This document shows positions 10,249 through 20,017 of a stretch of 64,000 nt of DNA, one piece after another (the stretch's first letter is position 1; each line of letters starts with the position of its first letter). Source of the stretch: an uncultured delta proteobacterium (GTDB taxonomy: Bacteria > Desulfobacterota > Binatia > UBA9968). The notes under the pieces are model-generated. The model searched no databases. It saw nothing but the letters and a program-made list of their open reading frames with translations, and was not told the DNA's origin. Both the position numbers and the translations under genes were made by a program. The stretch spans positions 32,001-96,000 of the forward strand of contig CAVWLW010000054.1 of NCBI GenBank assembly GCA_963755715.1, read 5' to 3'.

Positions 10249-10346
10249 GCTAACCGTTCCCGGTGAGCGGCGGCCCACAGGAAAAATGCCGAGACCAACC
10301 CACAAAGCCTACGCTGTGGGCCGTCCGCTCCACTGGAATGTTAGGC
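10248..10346 (-). mobile_element. Integron attC site
   Basis: Minus strand GCCTAAC-ATTCC-AGTGGAGCGGACGGCCCACAG...CTGTGGGCCGCCGCTCACC-GGGAACG-GTTAGCC: RYYYAAC and GTTRRRY-like ends, L boxes, two extrahelical bases; the cyclase stop codon lies in R''. Confidence 0.85.
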
Positions 10347-11576
10347 AGCGCCGTGATCTGTCTGGTCGAACGTCCAGGCTTTAATTCGGCCCACGTTCTT
10401 CGCCTCGATGGGTTCCGTCTCGTGCAGCAGGCTCTGTATAGAGGGGCTCATGCTTTGATAGACGATATTACTTACGACAATCTGCCCAGGTTGGGCATCC
10501 GACGACAGGCGCGCAGCCATATTAATTGCATCACCGATCACGCCGGTGTGGGTACGACTGAAAGGGCGCAGCGAGAGAATCTGGAGATTACCCATGGCCA
10601 TGCCGATATGACATCCACGAACCGCCTGGAGACGATCAAGTTGGCGCTGCCACTCGTTCGAAATCGCATCCCCGAGGGTCAATAGTGATCGTGCACAAGC
10701 GAAACTCCGTTCGATGTAATCGATGGAGTGAGTCGGAATACCAAAGAGTCCTATGACCCCATCTCCGAGGAACTGGTAGAGCATGCCCCCATCGTTGATG
10801 ATTTGATATCGAGCTTTTGCACAGTATGCACCGAGGCAGTCCTGAATTGTTCTCGCGCGAGGGGTTTCGCGAACGTACCCCGAAAATCCACTGAGATCGG
10901 CGAAGAGCACGATGACAGCGGGATAGCTTGCCGGTGGCAGGATCAAGCGTTTTGTGCGGTTCGAGGCTTCAAAGAGGTCGTGCAATCGCCAATATCCGAA
11001 CTGCCACAGGAGTTGGGAATCTAACGGATCGTTGTTGTACGCGGCGCCAAACGCGTAAGTCCCTTTGGCGCGGTCGATTATCAGTCGTAGTTCGAGAATT
11101 TTGTCCGGCGAGAGGGATTCGATCTCAACGTCGAAATACTTACGGATCAGCGAAAGCAGGTACGGCTCATCCCATACCTCCAATTCCCAGGATGACGGTA
11201 AAATCTCCTTGACTTGCTTGGCGCATTTATCCCAGTCCGGATGATTGTGTCGATCGACCATCAGGATGAGTTTGGAGATTTCCTCGAATAGGGGCAGAGG
11301 TTTACCGTACTTGCGTTGGATGCTCTCAATGATTCGCTCTGTGGGGTATCCGTATTTGACTTCCACGAAGTAGTTTGAATGATGTGGAACCCGAATGAGA
11401 ATGTCTGCGAATGCGTTGGGAATTCCGAGGTTGACTTCCTGACGAATCCGTATTTCTTGTGGCGCAATTTCTTGCTCAGCCACGTGGATGAAACGGCAGA
11501 CATTGCACACAAGTTCCTCAAGAAATAAGCGCAGTTCGAATAAGTCCTCCACCGGAAATGGTATCGTCATCGACAT
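10341..11576 (-). CDS. PD-(D/E)xK nuclease-like domain fused to class III nucleotidyl cyclase (gene cassette)
   Basis: Cyclase motifs VLFADLSGFS, QFLGDG, IGDAINMAARL; N-terminal ADILI..YFVEVK; likely start at 11576 after a purine-rich RBS (ORF track begins 11651). Confidence 0.85.
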   Translation of the reverse strand: MSMTIPFPVEDLFELRLFLEELVCNVCRFIHVAEQEIAPQEIRIRQEVNLGIPNAFADILIRVPHHSNYFVEVKYGYPTERIIESIQRKYGKPLPLFEEISKLILMVDRHNHPDWDKCAKQVKEILPSSWELEVWDEPYLLSLIRKYFDVEIESLSPDKILELRLIIDRAKGTYAFGAAYNNDPLDSQLLWQFGYWRLHDLFEASNRTKRLILPPASYPAVIVLFADLSGFSGYVRETPRARTIQDCLGAYCAKARYQIINDGGMLYQFLGDGVIGLFGIPTHSIDYIERSFACARSLLTLGDAISNEWQRQLDRLQAVRGCHIGMAMGNLQILSLRPFSRTHTGVIGDAINMAARLSSDAQPGQIVVSNIVYQSMSPSIQSLLHETEPIEAKNVGRIKAWTFDQTDHGAA

Positions 11577-11783
11577 ATGGGAAACCCCTTCTATCGGCCT
11601 GCCGACTGTCCGGCGGTATATCACGTTTTCTCTTTTCGGTTCCCTAAGCACAAACCGGTTGAAATATCCTCCGGTTACTAGGATCTTGTCAAATAATTAA
11701 TCGGACAAACGCTGCCATTTTGGCAGTACATCCAGATATTGGCCCGTAGCTATATCTAGGCGAGCTGACGACGCAGATTGTTG

Positions 11784-11854
11784 CAGGATTGAACTGAACG
11801 CTTCAATATGATGTCACGCGAGGTTGCGCTGATGGAGAATACAATTCAATCCTG
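11784..11854. repeat. Structured ~70-bp repeat, copy 3
   Basis: CAGGATTGAACTGAACGCTTCAA...GATGGAGAATACAATTCAATCCTG, 3 nt from the SBP stop at 11858. Confidence 0.9.
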
Positions 11855-11857
11855 GCG

Positions 11858-12847
11858 TTATTTGATCACTTGATTCGCCCGCTCAAGCACGCGGGCCGGA
11901 ATTATCAGACCAATCTGTTTTGCCGCCTTAAGGTTGATGACGAACTCAAACTTCGTCGCCTGCTCCACCGGCAGATCAGCCGGTTTGGCGCCTTTCAAAA
12001 TCTTGTCCACGTAAACAGCCGCGCGCCGATAGAGGTCAGTGAGGTCCGTCCCATAGGACATGAGGCCACCGGTCTTCGACATACTCCTTATCTGCGTAAA
12101 TAGCCGGCAAGCGGTGTTTGCCGGCGAGCTCCACGATCCGCTTTCTTTCGGCTTGAAAGGTGCGACCGGGAGTTATCATAATCGCGCCCACCTGCTTCTG
12201 CTTGGCGGTTTGAAAGCCGCTCTCTAAGCCTTTCGCGTCGGGTTCAGCCTCGATCTCTTCCAATTTCAGCTTTAGTGCCTGAGCCGCAGGCCTGATATCT
12301 CCGAGTTGGAGGTCCCCTAGTACGCCTCTCGGCTGCCGCAAAAGCCCAACTCGTGAGAGTCTAGGGATTACGTCCTTGAGTATCTCTAGCCTTTTGGTAA
12401 TTAGCTCGGGCGCTAGACCCGAGTTCCCGGTAACATTGCCTTCCGGCCTTGCGAGACTAGCGATCAGGCCAGCAGCCACGGGGTCGGTAGCGGTCGTCAT
12501 CACGATTGGGATGGTAGTAGTTGCTCTCTTCGCCGCTAACGGTGTCGGTCCCCCTGAGGCCACGATCAGATCAACCTTTAAACGAACCAGCTCCGCCGCA
12601 AGCTCGGGCGTGCGCTCGCGCTTTTGGTCGGCAAATCGGTACTCGATGGTGATATTTTTCCCCTCAATCCAGCCAAGCTTGCTCAGCTCTTGTCGGAACG
12701 CTTCCACAAGGACTGCGCTACCGGAAGCAGTGCGATTATCCAGGTAACCGATGCGGAAGATTTTCCCCGGCTGTTGCGCCTCAGTTATCACTGCAAAAGT
12801 AAGCACGCCGCTGCAACCAAGATTGACAGCCAACCAACTTTCCTCAA
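11858..12847 (-). pseudogene. ABC transporter substrate-binding protein (COG2984-like), frameshifted
   Basis: Probable TTG start at 12847; body in ORF 12036-13043; C-terminus in ORF 11858-12082. Confidence 0.88.
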
Positions 12848-12965
12848 TTCGCACCTCGTTCGTGAGGGCGTTATTTAACACGGACAGAGCCGCCGGGAAA
12901 AGTGCGATTTGCGGCAGCATAAGAACCAGATTCTTCGAGGGGAAAAAGGTTAATTTCGATCGTAG

Positions 12966-12978
12966 GATTGAACTGAAC
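12966..12978. repeat. Structured repeat copy 4, left part (interrupted by IS91)
   Basis: GATTGAACTGAAC followed abruptly by IS sequence. Confidence 0.85.
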
Positions 12979-13317
12979 GGATAGGTTTTAACCTGAATGC
13001 GAGGGCAGAACGATTGGGTGAGAGCAGTTGGACTTGGACGCATTCAGGATAAAACCCGTTGGACTAAAGCGTTGGGTGAAGCAGTGACGGTCGCCTATGG
13101 GGATTGGAACGAAGGCAGCGCGCCGAGCAAACATTGCCGTGGTGGTGATCGTGTAACGAGCGGGCCGCATTCAAGTTGACTTGTGAGCTCAACTGGCGAT
13201 CACCTCCGAAGTGAGAACGAGCCAAGAAAGAGGGAAACGATGAACCCAGGCGCACCGATGCGTTGGCTCTAGGAGAGAACCGGGCACGCATGCGGGTGTT
13301 GGTTCGTTGAGCGATCA

Positions 13318-14513
13318 TCACGAAGAATCCCAGTGGTGCGGGGACAGGCAGCGCGGCAAACAAGACCAGCGTTCCCTTTTGGCACAGAGGACATCGAGTG
13401 ATATCGATGCCGGTGAGTTCAAGCATCAGCTCGTGAACTGATTTTTGCGCGAGCTTGGGCACAGCGGGATTGAGATCTAGGAGCTGACGGCACTTGGACA
13501 GCAGGCTTTTGGATCGGTTAGCCAAAACGCCCGAGTGACGAACCCGCACAAAGCCCTTGGGGATCATGTGGAGCAAGAAGCGGCGGATAAATTCGTGGGC
13601 ATCGAGGGTCATGGTCTTTTTTCGGTTCTCATTTTTGCGGTCGCGGTAACTGAAGGTGACTTCTCGGCTATGGACTGAGAGAATCCGATCATTGGACAGC
13701 GCCACGCGGTGGATGTAGCGGCCGAGGTAGTCCAGCACATGGACGGGAGAGCCGAAAGGTTTTTTGGCATAGACGATCCATGGTTTTTTTCGTAGCGCAT
13801 TGATCAGAAGGTTGAAGGCTACAGAATCAGCCAAGGAAGCGGTTTGACCGACAAAGAGGAGCTTGTTTCGAGCGAAAGCCGTTTTGAGTAAGTCGAGGAA
13901 CTTACCCCGGAAAACCGACGCTTAGGGCTTTAACAGGGAACAGAAAGTTTTGACGGGCAGGACGCCAATGCTTTTGATCGAACGACAGAGCTCCAGCGGG
14001 GACCAGACAATGGAGATGAAAATGATCTAACAGGGTTTGCTCCCAGGTGTGCAGCACCGTGATCAAACCGATTTGTCCGCCCAGACGAGTTCGGCCAAAA
14101 TCAACGAGCGTTTCACCCACGGCTTTAAAGAGATGACTTAACAGGATCTTTTTGTTGGTCAGTATCAGACCGTTGAGCTCGTGCGGCAAGGTGAACACCA
14201 GATGGAAGTATCCCACCGGCAACAGTTCGGACTTTTGTTTATCCAGCCACTTTACCTTGGCCAGCGATTGGCATTTGGGGCAGTGGCGATTGCGGCAGGA
14301 GTTATAGGCGGGGCGCTCATAGCCACAGGAGTCACACTGCTCGAGGTGGCCTCCCAGGGCCGCTGTGCGGCAGCGTTCCACGGCCTGCATGATCTTGAGA
14401 TGCGAAACCGGCAACGGATGAGCGCGGCGATAGGACTCGCCATGGGCGCGAAAGATATCGGCCAATTCAACGCCGCGTCTTGCCGCTGCCAGCCGCCGAC
14501 TGGCCGGCAGCAT
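13318..14513 (-). CDS. IS91-family HUH/Y2 transposase (frameshifted ~13905)
   Basis: Zn motif C..C..YNSCRNRHCPKCQ, HUH HFHLH, Y2 motif YLGRY, FIRRFLLH; probable end WDSS-stop at 13318. Confidence 0.9.
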
Positions 14514-14526
14514 GGCTTTAGGCCGT

Positions 14527-15363
14527 CTATAACTGGAGCCGGTCGAGCGGACTCACGGCAAAGTCCACGTTCTGTGGCCGTAGCCTGAGATAGCGCTGGG
14601 TGGAAAGAAGAGAGGTGTGCCCCATCAAAAACTGGATCGAGCGCAAGTCCACACCGGCCTCCAGAAGATGGGTGGCGAAGCAGGCACGAAGGCTGTGAAT
14701 GCCACGGCCCTTTTTAAGCCCTGCTCTTTTCTTCGCCGAGCGGAAGATGTGCCAGGCTTCCCCTCGGCTTAATGGACCGTTCTTGGCCCGGTTCGGGAAA
14801 AGCCAGATAGAAGGCCGGTAGCGTTTCCAGTACTGACGCAGTTCCACAAGCAGGTTCTGCGACAGGATCGCATAGCGGTCCTTCCCGCCCTTGCCTTGCT
14901 TCACCCGCAGCGTCATGCGCTGCGCATCGATGTCTGTGATCTTGAGGTTTACCAACTCACTGACTCGGAGTCCTGCCGAATAAGCGGTCATCAGTAACAC
15001 ACGTTGCTTGAGTCCGCGGGTGGCACCGATCAATCGCACGACCTCGTCGGGACTGAACACTTCGGGCAGCAGTGAAGATTTCTTTCTCGGTGCAATGAAC
15101 AGCTTGGTCTCATCCCACCCCAGGGTTTCGTTGTAGAAAAACCGCAACCCCGAACAGTATCCGGTCAGACTATTCGGCGATAACTTCCGCTCTATCGTGA
15201 GATGCACAAGAAAAGCTCGGATGTCTTCCTTGCTGAGCTGATCCGGTGATTTGTTGTGATATCTGGCCAGTCTGCTTACCGCGTAGACGTAGGACTCCTG
15301 CGTTGCCGTAGAGAAGTTCCGTAGCTTCATCTCCTCGATCATTCGATCACGTAAGACTCCCAT
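14527..15363 (-). CDS. Site-specific tyrosine recombinase/integrase
   Basis: SAM-like N-terminus, GLRVSE, KGGKDR, HSLR, MGH, RY catalytic motifs. Confidence 0.93.
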   Translation of the reverse strand: MGVLRDRMIEEMKLRNFSTATQESYVYAVSRLARYHNKSPDQLSKEDIRAFLVHLTIERKLSPNSLTGYCSGLRFFYNETLGWDETKLFIAPRKKSSLLPEVFSPDEVVRLIGATRGLKQRVLLMTAYSAGLRVSELVNLKITDIDAQRMTLRVKQGKGGKDRYAILSQNLLVELRQYWKRYRPSIWLFPNRAKNGPLSRGEAWHIFRSAKKRAGLKKGRGIHSLRACFATHLLEAGVDLRSIQFLMGHTSLLSTQRYLRLRPQNVDFAVSPLDRLQL

Positions 15364-15519
15364 GATTGCCTCCTTGAGTGAATTTGATTCACGGAGGCTA
15401 TCACTGCACTCAGGGACCGAGTCAAAGAAAAGATCGATGATAAAGGAACTGCGGGAGGATTACCGAAACTGCTTCAATAATAGCGCCCTCTCGTCCACCG
15501 CGAAGCGGTTTAGTCCAAC

Positions 15520-15574
15520 GACGCTTCAGTCGAATCTCACGTAGGATTGAGTAGATGGAGAATTCAATTCAATC
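15520..15574. repeat. Structured repeat copy 4, right part
   Basis: GACGCTTCAGTCGAATC..GGATTGAGTAGATGGAGAATTCAATTCAATC, 3 nt from the stop at 15578. Confidence 0.88.
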
Positions 15575-15577
15575 GCA

Positions 15578-16063
15578 TCAAAAGCGAAGGGTTTGTTTAC
15601 AACTGTTCGGCTCAAGCAGTAAATCCAAGGCTTGCTCGGAACCGTGGACAAGAATATTGGCGTTGAGAATCGCTTCAAGCGCGCAACCTTCGCCGTTGTC
15701 CACAGCCACTGCGAGACCGCCTGCGTCACGCAAAGTTTTCAGAAGCAGTCGATCTATAGTTCCATTACCGAACGCTGCCACATGCGACGGCTCATATTTC
15801 AGGACGAACCGTTGCTTCTCTTTGTCGTTACGTCTGTCGTTGTTCAGAAAGTGCAGCTCGACGGGCAGTCGCGCGAGTTCGCGGCGTGCCGTACCGAAAG
15901 TGTCTATGGTGAGAACGTGGACCTCGACCAGCCTGGCAAGTCGTGCGAGACGAGTTCTGACACTTCTTCTCACGACTCCTTTGAAGGAGTGTGTGCCCGT
16001 ATAGTCCGTCACGACCCGACTTATTTCCAGCAGTCCAAAACCAGGGATCGTGAACTTAATCAT
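15578..16063 (-). CDS. HAD-superfamily hydrolase (soluble P-type ATPase-like)
   Basis: IPG.G...VVTDYTGT, LTIDTFGT, AFGNG.ID, EG motifs. Confidence 0.8.
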   Translation of the reverse strand: MIKFTIPGFGLLEISRVVTDYTGTHSFKGVVRRSVRTRLARLARLVEVHVLTIDTFGTARRELARLPVELHFLNNDRRNDKEKQRFVLKYEPSHVAAFGNGTIDRLLLKTLRDAGGLAVAVDNGEGCALEAILNANILVHGSEQALDLLLEPNSCKQTLRF

Positions 16064-16198
16064 CTGACCCTCGGCCCCGGGAAGATTGGATCGATGGAGA
16101 AATCAGTCCAATCTGACGCTGTGTCTCAAACCCGTGCAACTGAATATTTCATATGTGCGCAACATATCGAGGAAACAAGGCGTTCTGCAGCCGCATAG

Positions 16199-16882
16199 TC
16201 AGGCGTACTCGTCATAGATGCTGTCGAACTTGCCCAGCTTTAACCCGGCCATGTTCCTGCACATCGTACGAACCTTCTCTTGATCCTCGTCGCTGGTCGC
16301 GCTCTCCGCGATGGCGGTGGCAGCGCGCTCGGTGTGCTCGACGTCGGCGCCCTTGTGAACGATGAAAAACTCGCGGGCTTCCTCGGACATGTTATATGGT
16401 TCCTTTGGCAGGTATTCGTCGAACTCTGCGGCGTAACGCTGGACCATCGTCTCGTTGGACAGCGCCATGGCGCGCATCTCAACGACGGACACCAGAAATA
16501 TCCCGTGAATGCACACCGCTGTGTGCACCAGGGCGCCGCGCACCGGCACGGCCTTGTCGAAGTCCTTCTCCGTGAGGCCCAAGGAGAAGCCCAAAGTCTT
16601 GCACATGTTGGGGTGGGTCAGTTCCTCGCCCATAGCCGTGGCGTACGCTGTAAACGTCCGGTTATCGGCGGCGTGTTGGGTCGCCCCAAGAGCGAACGCC
16701 TTGAGAATGCCCATATTGTGGATGTAGTGCTGCAAGGCGAAGCCCTGGATCCGGCGGGTGGTGAGCTTGCCTGCTCGCAGGTCGGAGAAGTAGCGGCTCT
16801 CCATCAGCCGGTCCGTGCCCGGCTGGATGATGTCCCTGAGCACGGAGTCGATGAACTGCCGATTGCCCGTGTTCGTAGTCAT
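16199..16882 (-). CDS. Heme-oxygenase-like iron redox enzyme (TenA/PqqC/CADD superfamily)
   Basis: G.L....IQGFALQHY, EELTH, E, FFIVH...DVEH. Confidence 0.78.
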   Translation of the reverse strand: MTTNTGNRQFIDSVLRDIIQPGTDRLMESRYFSDLRAGKLTTRRIQGFALQHYIHNMGILKAFALGATQHAADNRTFTAYATAMGEELTHPNMCKTLGFSLGLTEKDFDKAVPVRGALVHTAVCIHGIFLVSVVEMRAMALSNETMVQRYAAEFDEYLPKEPYNMSEEAREFFIVHKGADVEHTERAATAIAESATSDEDQEKVRTMCRNMAGLKLGKFDSIYDEYA

Positions 16883-17126
16883 ATAGGTTGTTCTCCTTCA
16901 CGAGTCGTGTAGCCGGTCCTTGAGGAACACAAAAGCCAGCACACTCTAGCGATAAATCGCCGGGGCGGCTGGCTCTACGCTTTACTTTTCATATCTCCCT
17001 CCCGGGAACGGCTTGCGCTCCTTCGTTTGGCCTCAGATCATGCCAGAAGCCTGCTCAACGATGGGGAAGGCGTGTTACGTGCCGAGAAATATCACACGAA
17101 GAAAGTGTGTCAAGATTGTTCGCCTT

Positions 17127-17158
17127 TAGATTGGCGTGAAGGAGAATACAGTTAATCC
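17127..17158. repeat. Structured repeat copy 5 (right half only, degenerate)
   Basis: GAAGGAGAATACAGTTAATCC followed by TCGCCGC as in copies 1 and 7. Confidence 0.6.
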
Positions 17159-17183
17159 AGCCTCGCCGCTTCGTTTTCTTCGC

Positions 17184-18169
17184 TCACTTGATCACCTTGT
17201 CCGCTCGCACCAGCACATTGGGCGGAATCGTTAGACCGATTTGCTTGGCGGCTTTCAGGTTGATGACGAGTTCGAATGTTTTCGGCTGCTCGACCGGCAG
17301 ATCGGCAGGCTTGGCGCCTTTCAAAATCTTGTCGACATAAGTGGCGGCGCGGCGGTCCAAAGCGGTAATGCTCGTCGCATAGCTCATGAGCCCCCCGGCT
17401 TCCACATATTCTAGCCTGTCGTATATCACTAGGAGCCGGCTCTTTGCTGCGAGATCTGCAATTTGTGTTCGGTGAGAATTGAGCACGGGGCTTCCAAGCA
17501 CGAGGATTGCCTCAGCACGTCCCTTACTTCCGGCTCGGAATGCGGTCTCGATATCCTTAGAACTGAGTACGTCTAGATATTGAAGCCGCACTCCGAACGT
17601 CCCTGCGGTGAGTTCCAATTCTCTTAACGCTTCCGCGTTGCCCGGTTGGGTCGAACTCCCGAGGACGCTCACGCGGGAGAGCCTGGGAACGATCTCCTTC
17701 AGAAGCTCCAGCCGTTTCCCGACCAAATCCGAGGAAAGGTTGGAAGCCAGTTATGTTTCCACCAGGTCGCGCGAGGCTGGTGACGAACCCCGGAGCCAAC
17801 AGGATCAGAATCCTGCGTCATGACAATGGGAATCGTAGAAGTTGCTTCCTTGGCGGCGCGGGTTGCTGTCGGACCACCCGTGACACGATCACGTCTACCT
17901 TGAGACGTACCAGCTCAGCCGCGAGCGCGGGGAGGCGATCCGGTTTTCCCTCCGCAGACGGCATTCAATGACAATGTTTTTTCCCTCGATATACCCAAGC
18001 TCGCGCAGGCCATGCCGGAATACCTCGATGCGGGCCGGGCAGCGGAAGTGGTCGGCAGCTGCTAGGTATCCTATCCGCGGGACTTTCCTCGTCTGCTGCG
18101 CCTCGGCTATCACTCCAACAGCAAGCAGCACACCACGACCAGGATTGATAAGACACCAGCTTTCCTCAT
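17184..18169 (-). pseudogene. ABC transporter substrate-binding protein (COG2984-like), multiply frameshifted
   Basis: MRKAGVLSILV start at 18169; fragments in ORFs 17895-18176, 17557-17799 and 17184-17726. Confidence 0.88.
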
Positions 18170-18277
18170 TGCACACACATTCTATGTATCACGCGGGCGG
18201 TATTAGAGGGAAACTAAGATTTACAACCGAAGGCGACAGATATTTCATCGAGCGGAAAAACCAGATTTTTAGCCTGA

Positions 18278-18344
18278 GATGGAACTGAAAGACGTTCAGT
18301 CCCGATGCTGCGGCAGATTCGTTGGAAGGAGAATACAATTCAAT
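18278..18344. repeat. Structured ~70-bp repeat, copy 6 (diverged)
   Basis: GATGGAACTGAAAGACGTTCAGT...GAAGGAGAATACAATTCAAT. Confidence 0.8.
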
Positions 18345-18377
18345 GCTGCATTTAGCCGGACAGCAATTCAAGATGAT

Positions 18378-18710
18378 CTACACACGCCAACTCTGGTCGT
18401 CACTTTTCCGTACGAGTTCGTCTCTTTTCTTTTCGCTGATCGTTTCGGATGAAGCCAGAAGGCTAAAAAAAGCTCCAATAACAATCGATATAACAACGAT
18501 GAAGAGCAATGATCGGCTCGTGATCATGCCGCCTAACATTCCTAGACCTGAAATTAGAGCTGCGATGGCACCGTTGATAAATCCGATCACAAATAACTTA
18601 ACGGGTTGGCGCAGCTGTTTGAGTGGTGAGAAGGCAGCGAGTGCGAACGCCGTGATAACGGATGAGAAAAAAATGATCGGTCCGAGTATATCGTTGGGCT
18701 GTTCTGCCAT
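18378..18710 (-). CDS. Small hypothetical membrane protein
   Basis: 110-aa ORF with three hydrophobic segments. Confidence 0.6.
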   Translation of the reverse strand: MAEQPNDILGPIIFFSSVITAFALAAFSPLKQLRQPVKLFVIGFINGAIAALISGLGMLGGMITSRSLLFIVVISIVIGAFFSLLASSETISEKKRDELVRKSDDQSWRV

Positions 18711-18802
18711 ACTATTTCATGCGGTTAACTCTTACGTTTCCCTGCTTGCCTCAACTCATTTTCGCCTCTAACTTTGCTGGCTATATGATTTCGGAAATCC
18801 GC

Positions 18803-19759
18803 TTAACGGTAGAGCTCATCGAAAAAACCCTGCGCTTCAAGCACACGGACATAATGAAGATCCCAGAGCTTGACCGGGTTGCCCGTTTCTTCTAGTTCCG
18901 GATAGACCAGCTGAGCGATGCGGTAAGCGTTGTAAAGCGAGTCGATCTTGGGGCACAGCCGGGGCTCGAGGCTGTTGCTCAGTTTTTGGTAAAAACTTTC
19001 CAGTTCGATGTCATCGCGTATGCCCAGACGATCGGCGACATTGCCGGCGAGGATCTCCATGGTTTTTTCCTTGTCTCGTTTCACCATGGCGACTCCCGTC
19101 GCGATCGCCTTGATCATGCGGATGTAGAGTTCGGGATTATCTTGCACCAACGGAACCAAACTGGTGAGTGTGATCGAGTTGACCATGGGATAACGGGGTA
19201 ACAGTCGGGTGTGGAGTCCGAGGCGCTCGCAAGCTTTCTCCTGGGAGCCGCTGGCAAAGGTCACGTCCGCCTTGCCGTCGAGGAGGAGCTGCTTTTTATC
19301 GCCGCTTTCCACCCGCTTGACGTCCAGTTGATCGGAGGATAGCCCGGCATCGCGGAGATAAAGCTCGTAGGTGCCGCGCACATGGCTAGTGAGATGACCT
19401 TCCTCGTCACAAAAATCCTGTTCGGCCAAAACCCGGTCCTTCAAATCGTTCAAGCCGGCCAGTGGCTTTGTGCTCACGAGCATGTCCTGTGACGTGTTTA
19501 CCGTCTGGGCCATGCAGATCATTGGAACACCGCTGGCGACGCGCCAATGCGGCGTGATGTGGCAACCGAAGATCATGTTGCACTTGCCGTCGAGCAGTTG
19601 ATCCTCGGCGGGGAGAGCGCGATGCTCCAAGTCCATGCGGCTCACCTCAATTCCCAGCCGATCCCAAATGCCGCCGTACTTCATGATCGAGATCATGGCG
19701 AGCTGCGAGTGGTTGGAACGGTAGATCACTTTTGCTTCCAATGTCTTGGGTTGGCTCAT
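18803..19759 (-). CDS. NitT/TauT-type substrate-binding-fold protein
   Basis: LNDLKDR, LLDGKADV, C-terminal DLHYVRVLEAQGFFDELY; AGGAG RBS; no clear signal peptide. Confidence 0.75.
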   Translation of the reverse strand: MSQPKTLEAKVIYRSNHSQLAMISIMKYGGIWDRLGIEVSRMDLEHRALPAEDQLLDGKCNMIFGCHITPHWRVASGVPMICMAQTVNTSQDMLVSTKPLAGLNDLKDRVLAEQDFCDEEGHLTSHVRGTYELYLRDAGLSSDQLDVKRVESGDKKQLLLDGKADVTFASGSQEKACERLGLHTRLLPRYPMVNSITLTSLVPLVQDNPELYIRMIKAIATGVAMVKRDKEKTMEILAGNVADRLGIRDDIELESFYQKLSNSLEPRLCPKIDSLYNAYRIAQLVYPELEETGNPVKLWDLHYVRVLEAQGFFDELYR

Positions 19760-19904
19760 GAGTTGGTTCTCCTTTTTCGAAGTTGACGGTAGGGGTTCGT
19801 TGCGCGCCTATACGGAACACGCCAAAGATATTCGGGTTTTTCAGTCCCTCAAGTCGTCACGTGTTTTAAAGGGAGCCTGAACCGCCAGCGGTGTCTCCCA
19901 GCAG

Positions 19905-20017
19905 AGCTTTCTTCATTGCGCACCTCGTTTCGAGCGTTATTTATCACGCCAATCGAGCTAAAGAAAAGTGTAATTGACGAGAAAAATTTGTCGAACAGAA
20001 GACTCTACGCAGCCCGC
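19905..20017 (-). repeat. SBP leader copy with start stub (ATG 19916, MKKA...) but no SBP gene body
   Basis: Plus-strand GCTTTCTTCATTGCGCACCTCGTT nearly identical to the start region at 8873-8896. Confidence 0.7.

Larger units (their letters stand above)
12979..15519 (-). mobile_element. IS91-family element with upstream tyrosine recombinase
   Basis: oriIS-like end AAAACCTATCC next to target GTTC on the minus strand; terIS-like end with hairpin CCGC-GAA-GCGG then TTTAGTCCAAC; removing it restores the repeat with no target duplication. Confidence 0.9.

Noticed and set aside
12848-13317. N-terminal extension of the SBP ORF and C-terminal extension of the transposase ORF
   Set aside because: These run through the non-coding leader, the repeat and the IS end, and arise from frameshifts.
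14527-15363. Tyrosine recombinase as an integron integrase for the attC
   Set aside because: It is 278 aa with no visible IntI-specific insertion and lies inside the IS91 boundaries.
16934-16974. Hairpin upstream of the TenA-like gene as a TPP riboswitch
   Set aside because: It lacks the TPP aptamer consensus and is only a simple stem-loop.
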